NCBI GenBank assembly: GCA_965235115.1
Contig: OZ249436.1
Coordinates: forward strand, 27,096,001-27,160,000
Origin: Laetmonice hystrix
Lineage: Eukaryota
Direction of reading: 5' to 3'
Length of the DNA stretch: 64,000 nucleotides
The position numbers and the translations under genes were made by a program. Shown piece by piece: positions 1-15,000 of the stretch (its first letter is position 1; every line of letters starts with the position of its first letter). Below the pieces are notes generated by a model. That model worked only from the letters and a program-made list of their open reading frames with translations, had not been told where the DNA came from and made no database searches.

Positions 1-3000
1 CCAATCCCCATGATATGGCTGACTGGCCCTCAGACATTACCCCGAACCACTCACAGCCAACACCCTCCCTCTTTCAAATCCCCATGATATGGCTGACTGA
101 CCCTCAGACATTACCCCGAACCACTCAGCCAACACCCTCCCCCTTCCCAATCCCCATGATATGGCTGACTGGCCCTTAGACATTACCCCGAAGCACTCAG
201 CCAACACCCTCCCTCTTCCCAATCCCCATGATATGGCTGACTGGCCCTCAGACATTACCCCGAACCACTCAGCCAACACCCTCCCTCTTCCCAATCCCCA
301 TGATATGGCTGACTGGCCCTTAGACATTACCCCGAACCACTCAGCCAACACCCTCCCTCTTCCCAATCCCCATGATATGGCTGACTGGCCCTTAGACATT
401 ACCCCGAACCACTCAACCAACACCCTCCCTCTTCCCAATCCCCATGATATGGCTGACTGGCCCTCAGATTTTACCCCGAACCACTCAGCCAACACCCTCC
501 CTCTTCCCAATCCCCATGATATTGCTGACTGGCCCTCAGACATTACCCCGAACCACCCAGCCAACACCCTCCCTCTTTCCAATCCCCATGATATGGCTGA
601 CTGACCCTCAGACATTACCCCGAACCACTCAGCCAACACCCTCCCCCTTCCCAATCCCCATGATATGGCTGACTGGCCCTTAGACATTATCCCAAAGCAC
701 CCAGCCAACACCCTCCCCCTTCCCAATCCCCATGATATGGCTGACTGGTCCTCAGACATTACCCCAAACCACTGAGCCAACACACTCCCTCGACCCAATC
801 CCCATGATATGGCTGACTGGCCCTCAGACATTACCCCGAACCACTCACAGCCAACACCCTCCCTCTTTCAAATCCCCATGATATGGCTGACTGACCCTCA
901 GACATTACCCCGAACCACTCAGCCAACACCCTCCCCCTTCCCAATCCCCATGATATGGCTGACTGGCCCTTAGACATTACCCCGAAGCACTCAGCCAACA
1001 CCCTCCCTCTTCCCAATCCCCATGATATGGCTGACTGGCCCTCAGACATTACCCCGAACCACTCAGCCAACACCCTCCCTCTTCCCAATCCCCATGATAT
1101 GGCTGACTGGCCCTTAGACATTACCCCGAACCACTCAGCCAACACCCTCCCTCTTCCCAATCCCCATGATATGGCTGACTGGCCCTTAGACATTACCCCG
1201 AACCACTCAGCCAACACCCTCCCTCTTCCCAATCCCCATGATATGGCTGACTGGCCCTCAGACATTACCCCGAACCACTCAGCCAACACCCTCCCTCTTC
1301 CCAATCCCCATGATATGGCTGACTGGCCCTCAGACATTACCCCGAACCACTCAGCCAACACCCTCCCTCTTCCCAATCCCCATGATATGGCTGACTGGCC
1401 CTCAGACATTACCCCGAACCACTCAGCCAACACCCTCCCTCTTCCCAATCCCCATGATATGGCTGACTGGCCCTCAGACATTACCCCGCACCACCCAGCC
1501 AACACCCTCCCTCTTTCCAATCCCCAGGATATGGCTGACTGACCCTCAGACATTACCCCGAACCACTCAGCCAACACCCTCCCCCTTCCCAATCCCCATG
1601 ATATGGCTGACTGGCCCTTAGACATTATCCCAAAGCACCCAGCCAACACCCTCCCCCTTCCCAATCCCCATGATATGGCTGACTGGTCCTCAGACATTAC
1701 CCCGAACCACAGAGCCAACACCCTCCCTCGACCCAATCCCCATGATATGGCTGACTGGCCCTCAGACATTACCCCGAACCACTCACAGCCAACACCCTCC
1801 CTCTTCCCAATCCCCATGACATGGCTGACTGGCCCTCAGACATTACCCCGAACCACTCAGCCAACACCCTCCCTCTTCCCAATCCCCATGATATGGCTGA
1901 CTCGCCCTTAGACATTACCCCGAACCACTCAGCCAACACCTTCATCCCTTCACAGTCTCCATGATATGGCCGACTGGCCCTTAGACATTACCCCGAACCA
2001 CTCAGCCAACACCCTCCCTCTTGCCAATCCCCATGATATGGCTGACTGGCCCTTAGACATTACCCCGAACCACTCAGCCAACACCCTCCCACTTCCCAAT
2101 CCCCATGATATGGCTGACTGGCCCTTAGACATTACCCCGAAACACTCAGCCAACACCTCCATCCCTTCACAATCTCCATGATATGGCCGACTGGCCCTTA
2201 GACATTACCCCGAACCACTCAGCCAACACCCTCCCTCTTGCCAATCCACATGATATGGCTGACTGGCCCTTAGACATTACCCCGAACCACTCAGCCAACA
2301 CCCTCCCTCTTGCCAATCCCCATGATATGGCTGACTGGCCCTTAGACATTACCCCGAACCACTCAGCCAACACCTTCCCTCTTCCCAATCCCCATGATAT
2401 GGCTGACTGGCCCTCAGACATTACCCCGAACCACTCAGCAAACAGCCTCCCCCTTCCCAATCCCCATGATATGGCTGACTGGCCCTTAGACATTACCCCG
2501 AACCACCCAGCCAACACCCTCCCTCTTCCCAATCCCCATGATATGGCTGACTGGCCCTCAGACATTACCCCGAACCACTCAGCCAACACGCTCCTTCTTC
2601 CCAATCCCCATGATATGGCTGAATGTCCCTCACACATTACCCCGAACCACTCAGCCAACCCCCTCCCTCTTCCCAATCCCCACGATATGGCTGAATGGCC
2701 CTTAGACATTACCCGGACCACTCAGCCAACACCCTCCCTCTTGCCAATCCCCATGATATGGCTGACTGGCCCTTAGACATTACCCCGAACCACTCAGCCA
2801 ACACCCTCCCCTTCCCAATCCCATGATATGGCTGACTGGCCCTTAGACATTATCCCAAACCACCCAGCCAACACCCTCCCTCTTCCCAATCCCCATGATA
2901 TGGCTGACTGGCCCTCACTCATTACCCCGAACCACTCAGCCAACACTCCCCCCCTTCCCAATCCCATGATATGGCTGACTGGCCCTCAGACATTACCCCG

Positions 3001-6000
3001 AACGACTGAGCCAACACGCTCCCTCTTCCCAATCCCCATGATATGGCTGAATGTCCCTCACACATTACCCCGAACCACTCAGCCAACACCCTCCCCTTCC
3101 CAATCCCATGATATGGCTGACTGGCCCTTAGACATTATCCCAAACCACCCAGCCAACACCCTCCCTCTTCCCAATCCCCATGATATGGCTGACTGTCCCT
3201 CAGACATTACCCCGAACCACTCAGCCAACACCCTCCCACTTCCCAATCCCCATGATATGGCTGACTGGCCCTTAGACATTACCCGGACCACTCAGCCAAC
3301 ACCCTCCCTCTTGCCAATCCCCATGATATGGCTGACTGGCCCTTAGACATTACCCCGAACCACTCAGCCAACACCTTCCCCCCTCTTTCCAATCCCAATG
3401 ATATGGTTGACTGGCCCTCAGATGTTACCCCTAACCACTCAGCCAACACCCTTCATGTTCCCAATCCCTATGATATGGCTGACTGGCCCTCACTCATTAC
3501 CACTAACCACTCAGCCAACACCCTCCCTCTTCCCAATCCCCATGATATGGCTGACTGGCCCTTAGACATTACCCCGAACCACTCAACCAACACCCTCCCT
3601 CTTCCCAATCCCCATGATATGGCTGACTGGCCCTCAGACATTACCCCGAACCACTCAGCCAACACCCTCCCTCTTCCCAATCCCCATGATATTGCTGACT
3701 GGCCCTCAGACATTACCCCGAACCACCCAGCCAACACCCTCCCTCTTTCCAATCCCCATGATATGGCTGACTGACCCTCAGACATTACCCCGAACCACTC
3801 AGCCAACACCCTCCCCCTTCCCAATCCCCATGATATGGCTGACTGGCCCTTAGACATTACCCCGAAGCACTCAGCCAACACCCTCCCTCTTCCCAATCCC
3901 CATGATATGGCTGACTGGCCCTCAGACATTACCCCGAACCACTCAGCCAACACCCTCCCTCTTCCCAATCCCCATGATATGGCTGACTGGCCCTTAGACA
4001 TTACCCCGAACCACTCAGCCAACACCCTCCCTCTTCCCAATCCCCATGATATGGCTGACTGGCCCTTAGACATTACCCCGAACCACTCAGCCAACACCCT
4101 CCCTCTTCCCAATCCCCATGATATGGCTGACTGGCCCTCAGACATTACCCCGAACCACTCAGCCAACACCCTCCCTCTTCCCAATCCCCATGATATGGCT
4201 GACTGGCCCTCAGACATTACCCCGAACCACTCAGCCAACACCCTCCCTCTTCCCAATCCCCATGATATGGCTGACTGGCCCTTAGACATTACCCCGAACC
4301 ACTTAGCCAACACCCTCTCTCTTTTCCAATCCCCATGATATGGCTGACTGGCCCTTAGACATTACCCCGAACCACTCAGCCAACACCCTTCCTCTTCCCA
4401 ATCCCCATGATATGGCTGACTGGCCCTTAGACATTACCCCGAACCACTCAGCCAACACCCTCCCACTTCCCAATCCCCATGATATGGCTGACTGGCCCTT
4501 AGACATTACCCCGAAACACTCAGCCAACACCTTCATCCCTTCACAATCTCCATGATATGGCCGACTGGCCTTAGACATTACCCCGAACCACTCAGCCAAC
4601 ACCCTCCCTCTTTCCAATCCCCATAATATGGCTGACTGGCCCTTAGACATTACCCCGAACCACTCAGCCAACACATTCCCCCCTCTTCCCAATCCCCATG
4701 ATATGGCTGACTGGCCCTTAGACATTACCCCGAACCACTCAGCCAACACCCTCCCCCTTCCCAATCCCCATGATATGGCTGACTGGCCCTTAGACATTAC
4801 CCCGAACCACTCAGCCAACACCCTCCCTCTTCCCAATCCCCATGATATGGCTGACTGGCCCTTAGACATTACCCCGAACCACTCAGCCAACACATTCCCC
4901 CCTCTTCCCAATCCCCATGATATGGCTGACTGGCCCTTAGACATTACCCCGAACCACTCAGCCAACACCCTCCCTCTTCCCAATCCCCATGATATGGCTG
5001 ACTGGCCCTTAGACATTACCCCGAACCACTCAGCCAACACCCTCCCCCTTCCCAATCCCCATGATATGGCTGACTGGCCCTTAGACATTACCCCGAACCA
5101 CTCAGCCAACACCCTCCCTCTTCCCAATCCCCATGATATGGCTGACTGGCCCTTAGACATTATCCCAAAGCACCCAGCCAACACCCTCCCCCGTCCCAAT
5201 CCCCATGATATGGCTGACTGGTCCTCAGACAACACCCTCCCTCTTCCCAATCCCCATGATATGGCTGACTGGCCCTCAGACATTACCCCGAACCACTCAG
5301 CCAACACCCTCCCTCTTCCCAATCCCCATGATATGGCTGACTGGCCCTCAGACATTACCCCGAACCACTCAGCCAACACCCTCCCTCTTCCCAATCCCCA
5401 TGATATGGCTGACTGGCCCTTAGACATTACCCCGAACCACTCAGCCAACACCCTCTCTCTTTCCAATCCCCATGATATGGCTGACTGGCCCTTAGACATT
5501 ACCCCGAACCACTCAGCCAACACCCTCTCTCTTCCCAATCCCCATGATATGGCTGACTGGCCCTTAGACATTACCCCGAACCACTCAGCCAACACCCTCC
5601 CACTTCCCAATCCCCATGATATGGCTGACCGGCCCTTAGACATTACCCCGAAACACTCAGCCAACACCTTCATCCCTTCACAATCTCCATGATATGGCCG
5701 ACTGGCCCTTAGACATTACCCCGAACCACTCAGCCAACACCCTCCCTCTTGCCAATCCCCATGATATGGCTGACTGGCCCTTAGACATTACCCCGAACCA
5801 CTCAGCCAACACATTCCCCCCTCTTCCCAATCCCCATGATATGGCTGACTGGCCCTTAGACATTACCCCGAACCACTCAGCCAACACCCTCCCCCTTCCC
5901 AATCCCCATGATATGGCTGACTGGCCCTTAGACATTACCCCGAACCACTCAGCCAACACCCTCCCTCTTCCCAATCCCCATGATATGGCTGACTGGCCCT

Positions 6001-9000
6001 CAGACATTACCCCGAACCACTCAGCCAACACCCTCCCTCTTCCCAATCCCCATGATATGGCTGACTGGCCCTTAGACATTACCCCGAACCACTCAGCCAA
6101 CACCCTCTCTCTTTCCAATCCCCATGATATGGCTGACTGGCCCTTAGACATTACCCCGAACCACTCAGCCAACACCCTCTCTCTTCCCAATCCCCATGAT
6201 ATGGCTGACTGGCCCTTAGACATTACCCCGAACCACTCAGCCAACACCCTCCCACTTCCCAATCCCCATGATATGGCTGACCGGCCCTTAGACATTACCC
6301 CGAAACACTCAGCCAACACCTTCATCCCTTCACAATCTCCATGATATGGCCGACTGGCCCTTAGACATTACCCCGAACCACTCAGCCAACACCCTCCCTC
6401 TTGCCAATCCCCATGATATGGCTGACTGGCCCTTAGACATTACCCCGAACCACTCAGCCAACACATTCCCCCCTCTTCCCAATCCCCATGATATGGCTGA
6501 CTGGCCCTTAGACATTACCCCGAACCACTCAGCCAACACCCTCCCCCTTCCCAATCCCCATGATATGGCTGACTGGCCCTTAGACATTACCCCGAACCAC
6601 TCAGCCAACACCCTCTCTCTTCCCAATCCCCATGATATGGCTGACTGGCCCTTAGACATTACCCCGAACCACTCAGCCAACACATTCCCCCCTCTTCCCA
6701 ATCCCCATGATATGGCTGACTGGCCCTTAGACATTACCCCGAACCACTCAGCCAACACCCTCCCTCTTCCCAATCCCCATGATATGGCTGACTGGCCCTT
6801 AGACATTACCCCGAACCACTCAGCCAACACCTTCCCCCCTCTTTCCAATCCCAATGATATGGTTGACTGGCCCTCAGACATTACCCCGAACCACTCAGTC
6901 AACACCCTCCCCCTTCCCAATCCCCATGATATGGCTGACTGGCCCTTAGACATTACCCCGAACCACGCAGCCAACACCCTCCCTCTTCCCAATCCCCATG
7001 ATATGGCTGACTGTCCCTCAGACATTACCCCGAAGCACTCAGCCAACACCCTCCCTCTTCCCAATCCCCATGATATGGCTGACTGGCCCTCAGACATTAC
7101 CCCGAACCACTCAGCCAACAGCCTCCCCCTTCCCAATCCCCATGATATGGCTGACTGGCCCTTAGACATTACCCCGAACCACTCAGCCAACCCCCTCCCT
7201 CTTCCCAATCCCCACGATATGGCTGACTGGCCCTTAGACATTACCCGGACCACTCAGCCAACACCCTCCCTCTTGCCAATCCCCATGATATGGCTGACTG
7301 GCCCTTAGACATTATCCCAAAGCACCCAGCCAACACCCTCCCCCGTCCCAATCCCCATGATATGGCTGACTGGTCCTCAGACAACACCCTCCCTCTTCCC
7401 AATCCCCATGATATGGCTGACTGGCCCTCAGACATTACCCCGAACCACTCAGCCAACACCCTCCCTCTTCCCAATCCCCATGATATGGCTGACTGGCCCT
7501 CAGACATTACCCCGAACCACTCAGCCAACACCCTCCCTCTTCCCAATCCCCATGATATGGCTGACTGGCCCTTAGACATTACCCCGAACCACTCAGCCAA
7601 CACCCTCTCTCTTTCCAATCCCCATGATATGGCTGACTGGCCCTTAGACATTACCCCGAACCACTCAGCCAACACCCTCTCTCTTCCCAATCCCCATGAT
7701 ATGGCTGACTGGCCCTTAGACATTACCCCGAACCACTCAGCCAACACCCTCCCACTTCCCAATCCCCATGATATGGCTGACCGGCCCTTAGACATTACCC
7801 CGAAACACTCAGCCAACACCTTCATCCCTTCACAATCTCCATGATATGGCCGACTGGCCCTTAGACATTACCCCGAACCACTCAGCCAACACCCTCCCTC
7901 TTGCCAATCCCCATGATATGGCTGACTGGCCCTTAGACATTACCCCGAACCACTCAGCCAACACATTCCCCCCTCTTCCCAATCCCCATGATATGGCTGA
8001 CTGGCCCTTAGACATTACCCCGAACCACTCAGCCAACACCCTCCCCCTTCCCAATCCCCATGATATGGCTGACTGGCCCTTAGACATTACCCCGAACCAC
8101 TCAGCCAACACCCTCTCTCTTCCCAATCCCCATGATATGGCTGACTGGCCCTTAGACATTACCCCGAACCACTCAGCCAACACCCTCCCTCTTCCCAATC
8201 CCCATGATATGGCTGACTGGCCCTCAGACATTACCCCGAACCACTCAGCCAACACCCTCCCTCTTCCCAATCCCCATGATATGGCTGACTGGCCCTTAGA
8301 CATTACCCCGAACCACTCAGCCAACACCCTCTCTCTTTCCAATCCCCATGATATGGCTGACTGGCCCTTAGACATTACCCCGAACCACTCAGCCAACACC
8401 CTCTCTCTTCCCAATCCCCATGATATGGCTGACTGGCCCTTAGACATTACCCCGAACCACTCAGCCAACACCCTCCCACTTCCCAATCCCCATGATATGG
8501 CTGACCGGCCCTTAGACATTACCCCGAAACACTCAGCCAACACCTTCATCCCTTCACAATCTCCATGATATGGCCGACTGGCCCTTAGACATTACCCCGA
8601 ACCACTCAGCCAACACCCTCCCTCTTGCCAATCCCCATGATATGGCTGACTGGCCCTTAGACATTACCCCGAACCACTCAGCCAACACATTCCCCCCTCT
8701 TCCCAATCCCCATGATATGGCTGACTGGCCCTTAGACATTACCCCGAACCACTCAGCCAACACCCTCCCCCTTCCCGATCCCCATGATATGGCTGACTGG
8801 CCCTTAGACATTACCCCGAACCACTCAGCCAACACCCTCTCTCTTCCCAATCCCCATGATATGGCTGACTGGCCCTTAGACATTACCCCGAACCACTCAG
8901 CCAACACATTCCCCCCTCTTCCCAATCCCCATGATATGGCTGACTGGCCCTTAGACATTACCCCGAACCACTCAGCCAACCCCCTCCCTCTTCCCAATCC

Positions 9001-12000
9001 CCACGATATGGCTGACTGGCCCTTAGACATTACCCGGACCACTCAGCCAACACCCTCCCTCTTGCCAATCCCCATGATATGGCTGACTGGCCCTTAGACA
9101 TTACCCCGAACCACTCAGCCAACACCTTCCCCCCTTTTTCCAATCCCAATGATATGGTTGACAGGCCCTGAGATGTTACCCCTAACCACTCAGCCAACAT
9201 CCTCCCTCTTCCCAATCCCCATGATATGGCTGACTGGCCCTCAGTCATTACCCCGAACCACTCAGCCAACACCCTCCCTCTTCCCAATCCCCATGATATG
9301 GCTGACTGGCCCTTAGACATTACACCGAACCACTCAGCCAACACCCTCCCTCTACGCAATCCCCATGAAATGGCTGACTGGCCCTTAGACATTACCCCGA
9401 ACCACCCAACCAACACCCTCCCTCTTCCCAATCCCCATGATATGGCTGACTGGCCCTTAGACATTACCCCGAACCACTCAGCCAACACCCTCCCTCTTCC
9501 CAATCCCCATGATATGGCTGACTGGCGCTTAGTCATTACCCCGAACCACTCAGCCAACACCCTCCCACTTTCCAATCCGCATGATATGGCTGACTGGCCC
9601 TTAGTCATTACCCCGAACCACTCAGCCAACACCCTCCCTCTTTCCAATCCCTATGATATGGCTGACTGGCCCTTAGACATTACCCCGAACCACTCAGCCA
9701 ACACCCTCCCACTTCCCAATCCCCATGATATGGCTGACTGGCCCTTAGACATTACCTCGAACCACTGAGCCAACACGCTCCCTCTTCCCAATCCCAATCA
9801 TATGGCTGAATGTCCATCACACATTACCCCAAACCACTCAGCCAACACCCTCCCACTTCCCAATCCCCATGATATGGCTGACTGGCCCTTAGACATTACC
9901 CGGACCACTCAGCCAACACCCTCCCTCTTCCCAATCCCCATGATATGGCTGACTGGCCCTTAGACATTACCCCGAACCACTCAGCCAACACCCTCCCTCT
10001 TCCCAATCCCCATGATATGGCTGACTTGCCCTCAGACATTACCCCGAACCACTCAGCCAACACCCTCCCTCTTTCTAATCCCCATGATATGGCTGACTGG
10101 CCTTCAGACATTACCCCGAACCACTCAGCCAACACCCCCCCCCCTTCCCAATCCCCATGATATGGCTGACTGGCCCTGAGACATTACCCCGAACCACCCA
10201 GCCAACCCCCTCCCTCTTCCCAATCCCCATGATATGGCTGACTGGCGCTTAGTCATTAACCCGAACCACTCAGCCAACACCTTCATCCCTTCACAATCTC
10301 CATGATATGGCCGACTGGCCCTTAGACATTACCCCGAACCACTCAGCCAACACCCTCCCTCTTGCCAATCCCCATGATATGGCTGACTGGCCCTTAGACA
10401 TTACCCCGAACCACTCAGCCAACACATTCCCCCCTCTTCCCAATCCCCATGATATGGCTGACTGGCCCTTAGACATTACCCCGAACCACTCAGCCAACAC
10501 CCTCCCCCTTCCCAATCCCCATGATATGGCTGACTGGCCCTTAGACATTACCCCGAACCACTCAGCCAACACCCTCTCTCTTCCCAATCCCCATGATATG
10601 GCTGACTGGCCCTTAGACATTACCCCGAACCACTCAGCCAACACATTCCCCCCTCTTCCCAATCCCCATGATATGGCTGACTGGCCCTTAGACATTACCC
10701 CGAACCACTCAGCCAACACCCTCCCTCTTCCCAATCCCCATGATATGGCTGACTGGCCCTTAGACATTACCCCGAACCACTCAGCCAACACCTTCCCCCC
10801 TCTTTCCAATCCCAATGATATGGTTGACTGGCCCTCAGACATTACCCCGAACCACTCAGTCAACACCCTCCCCCTTCCCAATCCCCATGATATGGCTGAC
10901 TGGCCCTTAGACATTACCCCGAACCACGCAGCCAACACCCTCCCTCTTCCCAATCCCCATGATATGGCTGACTGTCCCTCAGACATTACCCCGAAGCACT
11001 CAGCCAACACCCTCCCTCTTCCCAATCCCCATGATATGGCTGACTGGCCCTCAGACATTACCCCGAACCACTCAGCCAACAGCCTCCCCCTTCCCAATCC
11101 CCATGATATGGCTGACTGGCCCTTAGACATTACCCCGAACCACTCAGCCAACCCCCTCCCTCTTCCCAATCCCCACGATATGGCTGACTGGCCCTTAGAC
11201 ATTACCCGGACCACTCAGCCAACACCCTCCCTCTTGCCAATCCCCATGATATGGCTGACTGGCCCTTAGACATTATCCCAAAGCACCCAGCCAACACCCT
11301 CCCCCGTCCCAATCCCCATGATATGGCTGACTGGTCCTCAGACAACACCCTCCCTCTTCCCAATCCCCATGATATGGCTGACTGGCCCTCAGACATTACC
11401 CCGAACCACTCAGCCAACACCCTCCCTCTTCCCAATCCCCATGATATGGCTGACTGGCCCTCAGACATTACCCCGAACCACTCAGCCAACACCCTCCCTC
11501 TTCCCAATCCCCATGATATGGCTGACTGGCCCTTAGACATTACCCCGAACCACTCAGCCAACACCCTCTCTCTTTCCAATCCCCATGATATGGCTGACTG
11601 GCCCTTAGACATTACCCCGAACCACTCAGCCAACACCCTCTCTCTTCCCAATCCCCATGATATGGCTGACTGGCCCTTAGACATTACCCCGAACCACTCA
11701 GCCAACACCCTCCCACTTCCCAATCCCCATGATATGGCTGACCGGCCCTTAGACATTACCCCGAAACACTCAGCCAACACCTTCATCCCTTCACAATCTC
11801 CATGATATGGCCGACTGGCCCTTAGACATTACCCCGAACCACTCAGCCAACACCCTCCCTCTTGCCAATCCCCATGATATGGCTGACTGGCCCTTAGACA
11901 TTACCCCGAACCACTCAGCCAACACATTCCCCCCTCTTCCCAATCCCCATGATATGGCTGACTGGCCCTTAGACATTACCCCGAACCACTCAGCCAACAC

Positions 12001-15000
12001 CCTCCCCCTTCCCAATCCCCATGATATGGCTGACTGGCCCTTAGACATTACCCCGAACCACTCAGCCAACACCCTCTCTCTTCCCAATCCCCATGATATG
12101 GCTGACTGGCCCTTAGACATTACCCCGAACCACTCAGCCAACACCCTCCCTCTTCCCAATCCCCATGATATGGCTGACTGGCCCTCAGACATTACCCCGA
12201 ACCACTCAGCCAACACCCTCCCTCTTCCCAATCCCCATGATATGGCTGACTGGCCCTTAGACATTACCCCGAACCACTCAGCCAACACCCTCTCTCTTTC
12301 CAATCCCCATGATATGGCTGACTGGCCCTTAGACATTACCCCGAACCACTCAGCCAACACCCTCTCTCTTCCCAATCCCCATGATATGGCTGACTGGCCC
12401 TTAGACATTACCCCGAACCACTCAGCCAACACCCTCCCACTTCCCAATCCCCATGATATGGCTGACCGGCCCTTAGACATTACCCCGAAACACTCAGCCA
12501 ACACCTTCATCCCTTCACAATCTCCATGATATGGCCGACTGGCCCTTAGACATTACCCCGAACCACTCAGCCAACACCCTCCCTCTTGCCAATCCCCATG
12601 ATATGGCTGACTGGCCCTTAGACATTACCCCGAACCACTCAGCCAACACATTCCCCCCTCTTCCCAATCCCCATGATATGGCTGACTGGCCCTTAGACAT
12701 TACCCCGAACCACTCAGCCAACACCCTCCCCCTTCCCAATCCCCATGATATGGCTGACTGGCCCTTAGACATTACCCCGAACCACTCAGCCAACACCCTC
12801 TCTCTTCCCAATCCCCATGATATGGCTGACTGGCCCTTAGACATTACCCCGAACCACTCAGCCAACACATTCCCCCCTCTTCCCAATCCCCATGATATGG
12901 CTGACTGGCCCTTAGACATTACCCCGAACCACTCAGCCAACACCCTCCCTCTTCCCAATCCCCATGATATGGCTGACTGGCCCTTAGACATTACCCCGAA
13001 CCACTCAGCCAACACCTTCCCCCCTCTTTCCAATCCCAATGATATGGTTGACTGGCCCTCAGACATTACCCCGAACCACTCAGTCAACACCCTCCCCCTT
13101 CCCAATCCCCATGATATGGCTGACTGGCCCTTAGACATTACCCCGAACCACGCAGCCAACACCCTCCCTCTTCCCAATCCCCATGATATGGCTGACTGTC
13201 CCTCAGACATTACCCCGAAGCACTCAGCCAACACCCTCCCTCTTCCCAATCCCCATGATATGGCTGACTGGCCCTCAGACATTACCCCGAACCACTCAGC
13301 CAACAGCCTCCCCCTTCCCAATCCCCATGATATGGCTGACTGGCCCTTAGACATTACCCCGAACCACTCAGCCAACCCCCTCCCTCTTCCCAATCCCCAC
13401 GATATGGCTGACTGGCCCTTAGACATTACCCGGACCACTCAGCCAACACCCTCCCTCTTGCCAATCCCCATGATATGGCTGACTGGCCCTTAGACATTAC
13501 CCCGAACCACTCAGCCAACACCTTCCCCCCTTTTTCCAATCCCAATGATATGGTTGACAGGCCCTGAGATGTTACCCCTAACCACTCAGCCAACATCCTC
13601 CCTCTTCCCAATCCCCATGATATGGCTGACTGGCCCTCAGTCATTACCCCGAACCACTCAGCCAACACCCTCCCTCTTCCCAATCCCCATGATATGGCTG
13701 ACTGGCCCTTAGACATTACACCGAACCACTCAGCCAACACCCTCCCTCTACGCAATCCCCATGAAATGGCTGACTGGCCCTTAGACATTACCCCGAACCA
13801 CCCAACCAACACCCTCCCTCTTCCCAATCCCCATGATATGGCTGACTGGCCCTTAGACATTACCCCGAACCACTCAGCCAACACCCTCCCTCTTCCCAAT
13901 CCCCATGATATGGCTGACTGGCGCTTAGTCATTACCCCGAACCACTCAGCCAACACCCTCCCACTTTCCAATCCGCATGATATGGCTGACTGGCCCTTAG
14001 TCATTACCCCGAACCACTCAGCCAACACCCTCCCTCTTTCCAATCCCTATGATATGGCTGACTGGCCCTTAGACATTACCTCGAACCACTGAGCCAACAC
14101 GCTCCCTCTTCCCAATCCCAATCATATGGCTGAATGTCCATCACACATTACCCCAAACCACTCAGCCAACACCCTCCCACTTCCCAATCCCCATGATATG
14201 GCTGACTGGCCCTTAGACATTACCCGGACCACTCAGCCAACACCCTCCCTCTTCCCAATCCCCATGATATGGCTGACTGGCCCTTAGACATTACCCCGAA
14301 CCACTCAGCCAACACCCTCCCTCTTCCCAATCCCCATGATATGGCTGACTTGCCCTCAGACATTACCCCGAACCACTCAGCCAACACCCTCCCTCTTTCT
14401 AATCCCCATGATATGGCTGACTGGCCTTCAGACATTACCCCGAACCACTCAGCCAACACCCCCCCCCTTCCCAATCCCCATGATATGGCTGACTGGCCCT
14501 GAGACATTACCCCGAACCACCCAGCCAACCCCCTCCCTCTTCCCAATCCCCATGATATGGCTGACTGGCGCTTAGTCATTAACCCGAACCACTCAGCCAA
14601 CCCCCTCCCTCTTCCCAATCCCCACGATATGGCTGACTGGCCCTTAAAGTAGACATTACCCGGACCACTCAGCCAACACCCTCCCTCTTGCCAATCCCCA
14701 TGATATGGCTGACTGGCCCTTAGACATTACCCCGAACCACTCAGCCAACACCTTCCCCCCTCTTTCCAATCCCAATGATATGGTTGACTGGCCCTCAGAT
14801 GTTACCCCTAACCACTCAGCCAACACCCTTCATGTTCCCAATCCCCATGATATGGCTGACTGGCCCTCACTCATTACCCCGAACCACTCAGCCAACACGC
14901 TCCCTCTTCCCAATCCCCATGATATGGCTGAATGTCCCTCACACATTACCCCGAACCACTCAGCCAACCCCCTCCCTCTTCCCAATCCCCACGATATGGC

